Below, piece after piece: positions 18,611 through 28,398 of a stretch of DNA of 55,371 nt. Origin of the DNA: Rhodocyclaceae bacterium (lineage in GTDB: Bacteria; Pseudomonadota; Gammaproteobacteria; Burkholderiales; Rhodocyclaceae); contig JBIJCY010000001.1 in the NCBI GenBank assembly GCA_044344385.1, positions 1 to 55,371 of the forward strand. The letters run 5' to 3'. Numbering within the stretch: position 1 is the stretch's first letter; each line of letters begins with the position of its first letter. Below the pieces are notes generated by a model. It had not been told where the DNA came from. It worked only from the letters and a program-made list of their open reading frames with translations, and made no database searches. A program made the translations under genes and the position numbers.

Positions 18611-19648
18611 ATGAAAACAAGGCAACTCGGCGACAGTACGCTGCACGTATCGGAAATCTGCCTCGGTACGATGACCTTCGGCGTGCAGAACAACGAGGCG
18701 GAAAGCCATTCTCAGCTCGATCGGGCGGTTGCGGCCGGGGTCAATTTCATCGATACCGCCGAAATGTATGCCGTTCCGCCGACCGCAGAAAGCTACGGAA
18801 AGACCGAGCAGATTGTCGGTAACTGGTTGTTGCGTCAGGCACGCGACAAGGTCATTCTGGCCACCAAGGCGTCCGGTCCGGGTCGCCCGCTAAATTGGAT
18901 TCGCGGCGGGCCGAGCGGCTTTGACCGAGCCAACCTTCGTGCCGCTGTTGAGGGGTCGTTGAAACGCCTGCGTACCGATTACATCGATTTGTATCAATTG
19001 CACTGGCCGGCGCGTAACCAGCCGATGTTCGGGCAATGGCAATATGACCCGGCGCAGGAGCGTGCGTCAACGCCGATCCGCGAAACGCTTGAAGCGCTGG
19101 CTGAACTGGTGCGTGAGGGAAAAATCCGTTACGCAGGGCTTTCCAACGAGCATCCCTGGGGTGTCATGGAGTTTGTCCGCCTGTCCCGCGAGCACAACCT
19201 GCCGCGTGTGGCGTCGTTACAAAATGCCTATCACCTGATGAACCGTGTGTTCGAAAGCGGCCTCGCCGAGGTTTGTCATCGCGAGAAGGTCAGTCTTTTG
19301 CCGTATTCGCCACTGGCTTTTGGCACCTTGTCCGGAAAGTATCTTGCTGATCCGCAAACCAGGGGGCGCGTCACGCTATTTGCCGGCTTCGGCCAGCGCT
19401 ATGCGAAACCTAATGTGCAGCCGGCGGTGGCGGCTTATGCTGAGCTTGCGCGGCAGAATGGGCTGACGCCAGCACAATTGGCGCTGGCCTTCGTTTATTC
19501 GCGCTGGTTTGTTGCAAGCACGATCATCGGTGCGACGACGATGGCGCAGCTTGAGGAAAATCTCGGTGCGGTCGAATTGAAATTGTCGCCCGACGTGTTG
19601 GACGCCATCGACGAGGTTCATTTGCGCTATACCAATCCGGCGCCCTGA
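18611..19648 (+). CDS. tas: NADP(H)-dependent aldo-keto reductase, Tas-like
   Basis: Start at ATG 18611 (AGGAAACAGG RBS). Colinear with E. coli Tas as remembered (LGTMTFG, IDTAEMY.VPP, DLYQ.HWP, GKIRY.G.SNE, LLPYSPLAFGTLSGKYL, GATTM.QL.EN). Confidence 0.9.
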   Translation: MKTRQLGDSTLHVSEICLGTMTFGVQNNEAESHSQLDRAVAAGVNFIDTAEMYAVPPTAESYGKTEQIVGNWLLRQARDKVILATKASGPGRPLNWIRGGPSGFDRANLRAAVEGSLKRLRTDYIDLYQLHWPARNQPMFGQWQYDPAQERASTPIRETLEALAELVREGKIRYAGLSNEHPWGVMEFVRLSREHNLPRVASLQNAYHLMNRVFESGLAEVCHREKVSLLPYSPLAFGTLSGKYLADPQTRGRVTLFAGFGQRYAKPNVQPAVAAYAELARQNGLTPAQLALAFVYSRWFVASTIIGATTMAQLEENLGAVELKLSPDVLDAIDEVHLRYTNPAP

Positions 19649-19665
19649 GCTAAAACGCGAACAAG

Positions 19666-19701
19666 AAAAAAGCCAGCCGGGTTGTGCCGGGCTGGCTTTT
19701 T
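19666..19701. terminator. Bidirectional rho-independent terminator
   Basis: A5-AGCCAGCC..(loop)..GGCTGGCT-T5 between the convergent tas and the DHH-family gene. Confidence 0.7.
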
Positions 19702-19714
19702 CAGGCGCAGATGA

Positions 19715-20647
19715 TCAGCCGTCAGCGTTGATCTGCTCGATCAGATGTTTCAGCGTTTCGTCGGCTTCGTTGTTTTCAACCTGGCAGGTGCCGGCAGCGT
19801 GGTGTCCGCCGCCGCCGTAGGCCAGCATCAGTTCTCCGATATAGGTTTTGCTGCTGCGGTCGAGAATCGATTTGCCGGTGGCAAACACGGTATTTTTCTT
19901 CTGTACGCCCCACAGGATGTGGATCGAGATATTGGTCTCCGGAAACAGCGCGTAGATCATGAAGCGGTTGGTCGCCCAGATCGTTTCCTCATTGCGCAGG
20001 TCGAGTACGGCCAGGTTTTTGTAGACGGTGGTGCAGCGCAGAAGCTGTTCCTTGGCTTTGCCGGCGTGTTCAAAGTAGATGTCGACACGTTCCTTGACGT
20101 CGGGCAACTTGAGAATGTCTTCGATGCCGTGGTTCCGGCAGTACTGGATCAGGTCCATCATCAGTGTGTAGTTGCTGACGCGGAACTCGCGGAAACGACC
20201 GAGGCCGGTGCGTGAGTCCATCAGGTAGTTGAGCAGAACCCAGTCTTTCGGGTAGAGAATTTCTTCAACCGTAAACTGTGCGGAGTCAGCCTTGTCTACC
20301 GCGGCCATCATGTCGTCGGTGATGTTGGGGAAGGCTTTCTTGCCACCGTAGTAGTCATACACGACACGGGCTGCGGAGGGGGCGTCGGGGTCGATGATGT
20401 GGTTTGTTCGCTGGCCGGTGTTGCGCACGGCTTCCGACTGGTGGTGGTCGAAAACCAGGCTCGCGGCGGCAACGTAGGGCAGGTTGGTACAGATATCACG
20501 GCCGGTGATGTCAATGACGCCGTCCTGCATATCCTTCGGGTGAACGAACTTGATTTCGTCGATCATATCAAGTTCGTTGAGCAGTACGGCACAGACCAGG
20601 CCGTCGAAATCGCTGCGGGTAACTAAACGAAACTTTTCCTGGCTCAT
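19715..20647 (-). CDS. DHH/DHHA1-family phosphoesterase (NrnB/exopolyphosphatase-like)
   Basis: Start at the internal Met 20647 (MSQEKFRLVTRSDFDGLVC). Motifs DFDG, FDHHQS and C-terminal GGGGHHAAG match DHH and DHHA1. The longer ORF-track N-terminus overlaps the upstream lipoprotein gene and is Arg/Ala-rich. Confidence 0.65.
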   Translation of the reverse strand: MSQEKFRLVTRSDFDGLVCAVLLNELDMIDEIKFVHPKDMQDGVIDITGRDICTNLPYVAAASLVFDHHQSEAVRNTGQRTNHIIDPDAPSAARVVYDYYGGKKAFPNITDDMMAAVDKADSAQFTVEEILYPKDWVLLNYLMDSRTGLGRFREFRVSNYTLMMDLIQYCRNHGIEDILKLPDVKERVDIYFEHAGKAKEQLLRCTTVYKNLAVLDLRNEETIWATNRFMIYALFPETNISIHILWGVQKKNTVFATGKSILDRSSKTYIGELMLAYGGGGHHAAGTCQVENNEADETLKHLIEQINADG

Positions 20648-20700
20648 TGCTGATCCTTCCGCTGAAAATACATTGTCAAAAGAACGCGTCGGGAATGCGT

Positions 20701-21093
20701 TCAGTGTTCTTTTGCCGCCGGCTTCGCTTCTCTGGCGCTGGTCTTGCCTTCGGCTGGCGTGGGACCCTTTGCTTTTTTCTTCGCGCTGTCGGCAGCTTGC
20801 GGCGGCGGCAGAACCGGTTCGGTTGTTTCGATCTTGTTGTCGCGCATGTAAGCGTCCATGTCGCGCCAGCCGGCAAAAATGGGCGCTTTCGGCAGCCAGT
20901 TGTAGATTGCGTAGCAATCCTCTATGGCGCGCCCCGAGTGGCGGCAGGCGCCGCCCACTGCTTTTCCCTCGGCCTCAATCTGCGCTTCCTTAATCGCCGG
21001 GTCCTCAATTCCCATCGTTTTCTGGACCATGTCGCACGCAGCGAGGTTGAAGAGTAGCGCAGGCAGCAGCGTAGCGATCAAGCTTTTGCGCAT
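20701..21093 (-). CDS. Putative lipoprotein (130 aa), function unknown
   Basis: Start at Met 21093. The signal peptide and lipobox are MRKSLIATLLPALLFNLAAC. The tail is Lys/Ala/Pro-rich. Confidence 0.6.
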   Translation of the reverse strand: MRKSLIATLLPALLFNLAACDMVQKTMGIEDPAIKEAQIEAEGKAVGGACRHSGRAIEDCYAIYNWLPKAPIFAGWRDMDAYMRDNKIETTEPVLPPPQAADSAKKKAKGPTPAEGKTSAREAKPAAKEH

Positions 21094-21205
21094 CGGACTC
21101 CCTGACTTGTCGAACACGGTGATCCCTGTTGTTCTGGTTTGAATACGGGCCATTTTAACCACAAATGGCTGACGAAATCGGCTTGAGATTCAGTGCTGCC
21201 TTTTG

Positions 21206-21931
21206 TCAGCCGCGCCGGTTGTTCCCTTTACGTCGCTCCGGGCCCCGGTAATTCGGGTCGTCATGATGGCGGCGGTCGGATGTGCGCCCGAGGGGGTGCT
21301 GTCCCGGTTTGTCGTGGACATGATGTTCCTCGATTTTGTGCTCGATAGCTTCACGAATTTCCAGCAAGGTCTGGTCCGGCAAGTCTTCGGTGAGACGCAT
21401 AATCCTGCGCCGTGTTGCTTCGTCGCCGCGCTTGACGGCGTTGAACAGCAGCATGAAGGTCAATGCGTTGATGACAATAAAAACGCACTCGAGGTAAAGC
21501 AGCGGCTCATAGATCGGCCGCTTCGAACGGGCACCAAAAATGAAATAGAAGCTGTCAAATGTCGAGCCGGTAGAGCGGACCAGCGACTGGTAGGGTTCAA
21601 ACGGCGGGAATGTAAAGATAACTGCCAGATTGACCGCAAGAAAGCAGGCGATGCCCAGCATAAAAGCGAATTCCGGGATGTCGTCGTGGTGTTTTTTGCT
21701 TTGCAGCACAAGCCAGGCGGTGAGCGTGTTGGCGCCAACGAACATCAGTTGCAAGGTAAGCAATTCGGTATACAGCTGTTTGTGGCCGAGGTTGGTAATT
21801 AGCGGATAGAAGCCGTCAAAGCTTGGCAACATCCCCTTCGCCAGCGGCTGGCTGTTGAAAGGGGGGAAGAGAACCATAATCACCGCGTCGATCATGGCGA
21901 TGACAATCACCAGACGCTGATATTTGTTCAT
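21206..21931 (-). CDS. Integral membrane protein with an internal two-fold repeat and a His/Arg-rich C-terminal tail
   Basis: Start at Met 21931 (MNKYQRLVIVIAMIDAV). There are two about 85-aa modules, each containing FPPF ... FD(G/S)FY ... (L/I)Y.(E/P)LL. The tail is HKIEEHHVHDKPGQHP...RRHHDDPNYRGPERRKGNNRRG. Confidence 0.6.
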   Translation of the reverse strand: MNKYQRLVIVIAMIDAVIMVLFPPFNSQPLAKGMLPSFDGFYPLITNLGHKQLYTELLTLQLMFVGANTLTAWLVLQSKKHHDDIPEFAFMLGIACFLAVNLAVIFTFPPFEPYQSLVRSTGSTFDSFYFIFGARSKRPIYEPLLYLECVFIVINALTFMLLFNAVKRGDEATRRRIMRLTEDLPDQTLLEIREAIEHKIEEHHVHDKPGQHPLGRTSDRRHHDDPNYRGPERRKGNNRRG

Positions 21932-22160
21932 GGCAGAGTGTTCCTTTGTCTCGGGGCCGCGGAATGCCGCGCTGCGCGTCTTGCATGCTGCATGGATTGT
22001 CGCAGTTTTGCGGCCTGCCTGACAAGGTGTATCGGTTTGCAGGGTCGTGCGCGAAGCCCTCCCGGGGGGTAAAAGCCTGTGTCGGGCAAGGTGGGGTTTG
22101 CGGTGATGTCTGCGGGCCGCACGACCGGCTATAATTACCGGCTGTGCCTGTTTTGAAGGA

Positions 22161-23438
22161 ATGCTCATGCGCTTGTTGAAAATCATCTCCGCCATGTTTG
22201 CTCTGGCCTACACCGCTTCGACGTTTGCCGCTCCCGCGTCTGCGCCTGTTCATGCACACACCGATCTTCAGTTTTCGCACCATTTGGATGAGGAGCGTGC
22301 AGAGCGGGTGGAAAAATTTATCGAGCGTTTCAATGCGCAGCAGAAAGACGTTACGGTCAAACTGGTGCGGCGCGTCGAAGGTGCGGCGCCGAAGCAGATC
22401 AATCTTGCAACGCGTGATGAGCAGTCCCGCTTTGTTGCCAATAAAGGCAAGTTCAAACCGTTGCACGAGGTCATGCGTGACGCGAAAGAGCCCTTCGATG
22501 GCGCAAAACTTTCGCCGGAGTTGCGTGTTGGCCTGAGTGATGCCAAAGGCCAGTTGTTTGCGTTGCCCGTCGCGCTGTCTACTCCTGTGCTTTATTTCAA
22601 CAAGGCTGCTTTCCGCAAGGCAGGTCTGGATCCGGAAAATCCACCCAAGACCTGGGCGCAGGTCCAGCAGGCAGCCGATAAACTGTATGACGCCGGCAGT
22701 CACTGTCCGTACACCACTTCGTGGCCGGCCTGGGTGCATGTCGACAACGTCAGTGCGTTGAACGGTGCCGAGGTAAGCGACGCCAAGGGGAATCTCACAT
22801 TCAATAGTCTGGTACAGGTCAAGCACGTGGCGATGCTGGCAACCTGGCACAAGGCCAAGTTTTTCCGCTATTTCGGTCGTCGCGATGAGGCCGATAGACG
22901 CTTTGCAATCGGCGAATGCGGCATGTTGACCAGTTCGTCGTCGATTTACGCCGCGTTGTATGAAAGCAGCACGCTGGAAGCTGGTGTGGCGGCTCTGCCG
23001 TATCACGATGACTTGCGCGATTCGCCACAGCACACGTTGGCTGATGGCGCTTCGCTGTGGATTGGTGCTGGCTTGAAGCCTGCGGAGTATAAGGGAGTGG
23101 CACGTTTCATCACTTTCCTGCTCGGCCCCGAAACGCAGATTGAGATAACCGTGGCCGGCGGGTTTTTGCCGATGACGCCGGTGGCGCGAGCCGCAGCCAG
23201 CAGTAAGTTGTTGAAGGGTGATCTGGCCGCCTTGCACGTCGCTTATGCCCAGTTACATGGTAAGGGGACGTTGCGTGCCCTGCGCGTTTCGCAGATAGAG
23301 CCGGTGCGCGTCATCATCGAGGAAGAACTCGAAACCGTGTGGGCAAACAAGAAGCCCGCCAAAGAAGCGCTTGATAATGCCGTATTGCGTGGCAACGCGC
23401 TCATGCCGGCACTGCTTAAGGCCCGGCTGCCTTTGTGA
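22161..23438 (+). CDS. ugpB: sn-glycerol-3-phosphate ABC transporter substrate-binding protein
   Basis: 425 aa with a signal peptide. Colinear with E. coli UgpB as remembered (STPVLYFNKAAFRKAGLDPE.PPKTW, GGASLW, IRVIIEEELE.VW..KK). Confidence 0.9.
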   Translation: MLMRLLKIISAMFALAYTASTFAAPASAPVHAHTDLQFSHHLDEERAERVEKFIERFNAQQKDVTVKLVRRVEGAAPKQINLATRDEQSRFVANKGKFKPLHEVMRDAKEPFDGAKLSPELRVGLSDAKGQLFALPVALSTPVLYFNKAAFRKAGLDPENPPKTWAQVQQAADKLYDAGSHCPYTTSWPAWVHVDNVSALNGAEVSDAKGNLTFNSLVQVKHVAMLATWHKAKFFRYFGRRDEADRRFAIGECGMLTSSSSIYAALYESSTLEAGVAALPYHDDLRDSPQHTLADGASLWIGAGLKPAEYKGVARFITFLLGPETQIEITVAGGFLPMTPVARAAASSKLLKGDLAALHVAYAQLHGKGTLRALRVSQIEPVRVIIEEELETVWANKKPAKEALDNAVLRGNALMPALLKARLPL

Positions 23439-24172
23439 TACGCCCCGCGCCCGGCTGGCAATTGCCGCGCGTTTTCGCGCATCGCTGCGGTGGTGCTTTG
23501 GCGCCGGAAAATACACTGATGGGCTTGCAGCTTGCGGCGCAGCTTGGCTGTCGTGCTGTTGAGTTTGATGTCATGCTTTCTGCCGACGGGTCGCCCTGGT
23601 TGATTCACGACGAAACTGTCGAACGCACGACGGATGGTTGCGGTCGTGTCTGCGAGATGCGCGATGCTGATCTGGCGCGCCTTGATGCGGGCGCGCGACA
23701 TCACGGCGCTTTGGGCGCGACGCCGTTGCCCACGCTGAGGGCTGCTGCTGCAATGTGCCGTGAACTGGGTCTGATGGCCAACGTCGAGATCAAACCGGCC
23801 GCCGGTTTTGAGCAAGTGACCGGTGAAGTGGTCGCGCAGCAGGTGCTCGAATTGTGGCGCGATGTACCGTTGCCGCTGGTTTCGTCATTTTCCGAAACAG
23901 CGTTGGTAGCCGCGCGGCGGGAGGCGCCGGCGTTGCCGATTGGCGCCTTGTGGGAGCGCCCGGCGGCGGATTGGCGCCAGCGCGTTGAAGCACTCGGTGC
24001 CTTTTCACTGCATTGTGCGGCGCATGCGCTCAGCGATGCCGTGCTGGCTGAGGCGCGCGCTGCCGGCATTCCTGTCCTGTGCTACACGGTCAATGATTCT
24101 CTCGAAGCGGAGGCGTTGTTCCGTCGTGGCGTGGCGGCCGTGTTCAGTGACCGGATTGATCGTCTCCGTTAG
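23435..24172 (+). CDS. ugpQ: Glycerophosphodiester phosphodiesterase
   Basis: 245 aa, 4-nt overlap with ugpB. GDPD motifs are AHRCGGALAPENTLMG, VEFDVMLSADG.P.L.HD and NVEIKP. Confidence 0.85.
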   Translation: MIRPAPGWQLPRVFAHRCGGALAPENTLMGLQLAAQLGCRAVEFDVMLSADGSPWLIHDETVERTTDGCGRVCEMRDADLARLDAGARHHGALGATPLPTLRAAAAMCRELGLMANVEIKPAAGFEQVTGEVVAQQVLELWRDVPLPLVSSFSETALVAARREAPALPIGALWERPAADWRQRVEALGAFSLHCAAHALSDAVLAEARAAGIPVLCYTVNDSLEAEALFRRGVAAVFSDRIDRLR

Positions 24173-25142
24173 CCGCTTCTGCGGACGCTACGCACGACCG
24201 GGCCAGTAACTCGGCTCTGACATCAGCCGGCAGCATCACCAGTTCCTCGATCAACCACTCCATGCTGACCGCCGGCATCAATTTGTGCGCTTCGGCCAGA
24301 TCGGCGGTGATCGCCAGCATGGCTGTGTCCGAGTCGTCCAGTATGTGGCGTGCCGTATTGGAAGCGATTCGTGTCAGTTGCGCGCGCGTCGATTCTGCGC
24401 CGCGCAGGAGCTGGACGACCAGCGACGGTAACTGCCAGAGTTCTGCGCAACGCATGGTCAGCTGTTTGAAGTCGAATCCGAGGGTCTGTACCTGTGCCTG
24501 CGAACTGCGATGAGCGCGGCCGGAAATCAACTCTTCCTGCGCGGCACGTGCCAACTCCGGTTGGAACGCACAGATCAGTAATTCGCCGATATCGGCTAGC
24601 AGCGCGGCGACAGCGAGTTCTTCGGGGTTGAGGTCCATTCTGCCGCCGGCCCAGCGCAGTGCGATTTGCGCGGCGAGTGTTGCGCGCGCCTCGACCTCGA
24701 GCAGGCAATTGTTGCCTTCCTCAATCTCCGGGCTTGACAGCAACAGCGAGCGGAATTCATCGACCCCCAACTGCATGATCGCCGCGAGTGCGGTGGTTGT
24801 TTCGTTATCGAGGCGATGTGATTTTTCGTGTTCCGCCTGACGCAACAGGCAGACGCAAAGCAAGGGGTCCTGCAAAACGATGTCTGACAACTCCTTTGGC
24901 GAAAGCAGTTCGCCTCTTTCTTCCTCCAGGGCCGTCATCATTTGACGGGAACGCAGCATCACGGGCAGCTTCTGGTTTTCGAAGAAGGCTGCCCATTGCC
25001 CGACACCCCAGCGGAACTTCCATGCGTCCAATTCAGCTACTCCAAAGAACGTATCACCTAAGTGATATAGACCACCCGGATATGTTTTCGTGCCATTACT
25101 GGCGTGCGATGCCGTGCCAGCGAAAAATTCAACTTGATTCAA
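24144..25142 (-). CDS. HDOD domain-containing signalling protein
   Basis: 332 aa. HDOD pattern (LSDIVLQDPLLCVCLLRQA, ALAAIMQLGVDEFRSLLL, ALLADIGELLI, LGFDFKQLTMRCAELWQLP). Its 3' end overlaps the convergent ugpQ by 29 nt. Confidence 0.7.
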   Translation of the reverse strand: MNQVEFFAGTASHASNGTKTYPGGLYHLGDTFFGVAELDAWKFRWGVGQWAAFFENQKLPVMLRSRQMMTALEEERGELLSPKELSDIVLQDPLLCVCLLRQAEHEKSHRLDNETTTALAAIMQLGVDEFRSLLLSSPEIEEGNNCLLEVEARATLAAQIALRWAGGRMDLNPEELAVAALLADIGELLICAFQPELARAAQEELISGRAHRSSQAQVQTLGFDFKQLTMRCAELWQLPSLVVQLLRGAESTRAQLTRIASNTARHILDDSDTAMLAITADLAEAHKLMPAVSMEWLIEELVMLPADVRAELLARSCVASAEAANGDDQSGH

Positions 25143-25245
25143 CTTACAATTTCTTACACATTAAGCGTCAGCGGCGCGTTGTACAGCGCGTTAGTTGCCT
25201 CATGGGAGTGACCCATGAGCCTATAACGACTGGAGATGAAAAATC

Positions 25246-25629
25246 ATGAACCTATTTAACAAAACGCTGGTTGCCCTTGTTTTTGCTGTGCCACTGGCCG
25301 CTTTTGCGCAGACCGCGCCGGCACCGAGCACATCCACCCCGCGCGTCGATCAGCGGCAGGTCAATCAGGATCAGCGTATTCAGCAGGGTGTGCAGTCGGG
25401 GTCGCTGACGCAGAAGGAAGCGGGCAAGCTGGAAAAAGGGCAGGATCACGTGCAAAAGGTGGAAGACAAGGCCAAGGCTGACGGCAAGGTAACGAAGAAA
25501 GAGCGTGAGCATATGCAGCAGGCGCAGAACAACCAGAGCAAGAAGATCGCGCACCAGAAACATGATAATCAGCATGATCTGAATCATGATGGTAAAAAGG
25601 ATCACCCGAGCAAGAGCAAGAAAAACTGA
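25246..25629 (+). CDS. Secreted Gln/Lys/His-rich low-complexity protein (127 aa)
   Basis: Signal peptide MNLFNKTLVALVFAVPLAAFAQ, followed by a terminator. No domain recognised. Confidence 0.6.
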   Translation: MNLFNKTLVALVFAVPLAAFAQTAPAPSTSTPRVDQRQVNQDQRIQQGVQSGSLTQKEAGKLEKGQDHVQKVEDKAKADGKVTKKEREHMQQAQNNQSKKIAHQKHDNQHDLNHDGKKDHPSKSKKN

Positions 25630-25653
25630 TCGTGGCACCATTCGGCATCCAGG

Positions 25654-25680
25654 AAACCCGCTGCAAGGCGGGTTTTTTGT
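25654..25680 (+). terminator. Rho-independent terminator
   Basis: AAACCCGC-TGCAAG-GCGGGTTT followed by a T run. Confidence 0.75.
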
Positions 25681-25782
25681 TTGTGCGGTTGGTGCGGCGT
25701 GCTGTTATGCCGAAAAATCAAGACAGGTTCGATGCTAAAATCGCAACTCTTTGAATAAGCCACAACTTTCTGGGTCCGTACG

Positions 25783-28398
25783 ATGAAAAGCGCCGAAATC
25801 CGCGAGATGTTCCTCAAATTCTTCGAATCCAAAGGCCACCAGATCGTGGCTTCAAGTTCTCTCGTGCCGCATGAGGACCCGACGCTGCTGTTTACCAACG
25901 CCGGCATGAACCAGTTCAAGGATGTTTTCCTCGGGTTCGACAAGCGCCCGTACAACCGCGCCACCACCTCGCAAAAATGCGTGCGTGCCGGCGGCAAGCA
26001 CAACGACCTTGAGAACGTCGGTTACACGGCGCGCCATCACACCTTTTTCGAGATGCTCGGCAATTTCTCGTTTGGCGATTATTTCAAGCGAGACGCGATA
26101 AAGTACGCTTGGGAGTTACTGGTCGACGTCTACAAGCTGCCGGCCGACAAGCTGACAATCACGGTCTACGCCGAGGACGACGAAGCCTATGACATCTGGA
26201 CGAAGGAAATCGGCGTACCCGTCGAGCGCGTCATCCGCATCGGCGACAACAAGGGCGCGCGTTACGCCTCCGACAACTTCTGGATGATGGGCGATACTGG
26301 CCCTTGCGGCCCGTGCACCGAGATCTTCTTCGATCACGGCGAGCATATTCCGGGCGGCCCGCCGGGATCGCCGGATGAAGACGGTGATCGCTTCATTGAA
26401 ATCTGGAACAACGTTTTCATGCAGTTCAACCGCGATGAAGCCGGCGTCATGCATCCGCTGCCCAAACCGTCGGTCGATACCGGCATGGGGCTGGAACGCA
26501 TCTCCGCCGTGCTGCAGCATGTGCATGCCAACTACGAGATTGATCTGTTTGCCCGTCTGATCGCTGCTGCGTCGCGCGAAACCGCATGTGCCGATCTGGA
26601 CAGCCCGTCGCTCAAGGTGCTGGCTGATCACATCCGCGCTTGCTCTTTCCTGATTGCCGACGGCGTCATTCCGGGTAATGAAGGGCGTGGTTACGTCCTG
26701 CGCCGCATCATCCGCCGCGCCATCCGCCACGGCTACAAGCTGGGTGCACGCGCTGCTTTTTTCCACAAGATGGTGCCGGATCTCGTTGCCGAAATGGGCA
26801 CGGCCTATCCTGAGCTTGTTGCCGGTCAGGCACGTGTCACCGAGGTGCTGCGTCAGGAGGAAGTGCGCTTCTTCGAGACGATCGAGCACGGCATGGCGAT
26901 CCTCGAATCAGAACTTGCCGCCATGGGTGGTAGAGGCGTTTTCAACGGGACAACGGCATTCAAGCTGCATGACACCTTCGGCTTCCCGCTCGACCTTACT
27001 GCGGATATCTGTCGCGAACGTGGCGTCACCGTCGACAGTGCCGCATTTGATGCGGCGATGGCGCACCAGAAAGAGCAGGCGCGTGCCGCCGGCAAGTTCA
27101 AGATGGCTGCCGCGCTCGAATACGATGGCCCGGCAACGACCTTTCACGGTTATGACACGCTCGAATTCAAGGGCAACGTGCTGGCGCTCTACAAGGACGG
27201 CAGTCCGGTCAATGAATTGAAGGAAGGCGATCTGGGCGTTGTTGTTCTCGATGACACGCCCTTCTACGCCGAGTCCGGCGGGCAGGTGGGTGATCGTGGC
27301 GCGCTGCAGTCAGTGCACGGCATCTTCGCCGTTGAAGATACGCAGAAAATTCAGGCCACCGTTTTCGGTCATCAGGGCGTGCTCAAGACGGGGACGATTA
27401 CCGTCGGCAACGGCGTCACCGCCAAGGTCGATATTCAGGCGCGTTTGCGCACCGTGCGCAATCACTCGGCCACGCACCTGATGCACAAGGCGCTGCGTGA
27501 AGTGCTCGGCGGCCACGTGCAGCAAAAGGGTTCGCTGGTTGATCCGGACAAGACGCGTTTCGACTTCGCGCACAACGCGCCGATGAGTGCCGACGAAATC
27601 CGCCGTGTTGAAGTGATCGTCAATGCCGAAGTGCTGGCCAATGCCGCCGCCGAAGCGCGCGTCATGGGCATCGACGACGCGCAGAAGTCGGGTGCCATGA
27701 TGCTGTTCGGTGAGAAGTACGGTGACGAAGTTCGTGTGCTGACCATCGGTTCGTCGAAGGAATTGTGTGGCGGTGTGCATGTCACGCGCAGCGGCGATAT
27801 CGGCCTGTTCAAGATTACCGGCGAGAGCGGAGTGGCGGCCGGCGTGCGGCGTGTTGAAGCGGTGACCGGCGACAATGCGCTGGCGTTGGTGCAGCAGCAG
27901 CAGGCGATGCTCAGTGAGGCCGCTGCCGCCTTCAAGGCGCCGGTCTCTGAAGTGCCGGCCAAGATTGCTCAGGTGCTCGACAACGTGCGTGCGCTGGAGA
28001 AGGAACTGGCGCGTCTGAAGTCAAAACTCGCCGCCAGCCAGGGCGACGATCTGACAGCGCAGGCACAGGAAGTAAAGGGTGTGAAAGTGCTTGCCGCGAT
28101 CATGGAAGGTGCCGATGTCACCGCGCTGCGCGAGACGATGGACAAGCTGCGCGACAAGCTGGGCAGCGCCGCCATCGTCCTCGGCTCGGTGGCCGATGGC
28201 AAGGTCACGTTGATCGCCGGCGTGACGCCTGACCTCACCGGCAAGGTGAAGGCCGGCGAACTTGTTAATATGGTTGCCCAGCAGGTCGGCGGCAAGGGCG
28301 GTGGCCGGCCGGACATGGCGCAGGCCGGCGGCACACAGCCGGAAAATCTGCCGGCGGCGCTGGCTTCGGTCAATGCCTGGGTTGCCACCAAGCTATAA
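25783..28398 (+). CDS. alaS: Alanine--tRNA ligase
   Basis: 871 aa. Classical AlaRS N-terminus ([34 protein letters not shown]), the editing-domain HSATHL motif and a C-terminal [19 protein letters not shown]1 motif. Confidence 0.98.
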   Translation: MKSAEIREMFLKFFESKGHQIVASSSLVPHEDPTLLFTNAGMNQFKDVFLGFDKRPYNRATTSQKCVRAGGKHNDLENVGYTARHHTFFEMLGNFSFGDYFKRDAIKYAWELLVDVYKLPADKLTITVYAEDDEAYDIWTKEIGVPVERVIRIGDNKGARYASDNFWMMGDTGPCGPCTEIFFDHGEHIPGGPPGSPDEDGDRFIEIWNNVFMQFNRDEAGVMHPLPKPSVDTGMGLERISAVLQHVHANYEIDLFARLIAAASRETACADLDSPSLKVLADHIRACSFLIADGVIPGNEGRGYVLRRIIRRAIRHGYKLGARAAFFHKMVPDLVAEMGTAYPELVAGQARVTEVLRQEEVRFFETIEHGMAILESELAAMGGRGVFNGTTAFKLHDTFGFPLDLTADICRERGVTVDSAAFDAAMAHQKEQARAAGKFKMAAALEYDGPATTFHGYDTLEFKGNVLALYKDGSPVNELKEGDLGVVVLDDTPFYAESGGQVGDRGALQSVHGIFAVEDTQKIQATVFGHQGVLKTGTITVGNGVTAKVDIQARLRTVRNHSATHLMHKALREVLGGHVQQKGSLVDPDKTRFDFAHNAPMSADEIRRVEVIVNAEVLANAAAEARVMGIDDAQKSGAMMLFGEKYGDEVRVLTIGSSKELCGGVHVTRSGDIGLFKITGESGVAAGVRRVEAVTGDNALALVQQQQAMLSEAAAAFKAPVSEVPAKIAQVLDNVRALEKELARLKSKLAASQGDDLTAQAQEVKGVKVLAAIMEGADVTALRETMDKLRDKLGSAAIVLGSVADGKVTLIAGVTPDLTGKVKAGELVNMVAQQVGGKGGGRPDMAQAGGTQPENLPAALASVNAWVATKL

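Noticed and set aside
20648-20917. 90-residue N-terminal extension of the DHH-family ORF. Analogous extensions occur at 21932-22195, 35578-35802, 38118-38222, 38912-39220, 40225-40371 and 43862-43951.
   Set aside because: The extensions overlap upstream genes or intergenic DNA and are Arg/Ala-rich. Internal Met codons with RBS-like sequences coincide with the start of homology.
21816-23237. 473-aa ORF on the minus strand
   Set aside because: It is antisense to the strongly supported ugpB gene. Its composition is Arg/Gln/Cys-rich with no motif and no RBS, typical of a high-GC shadow ORF.
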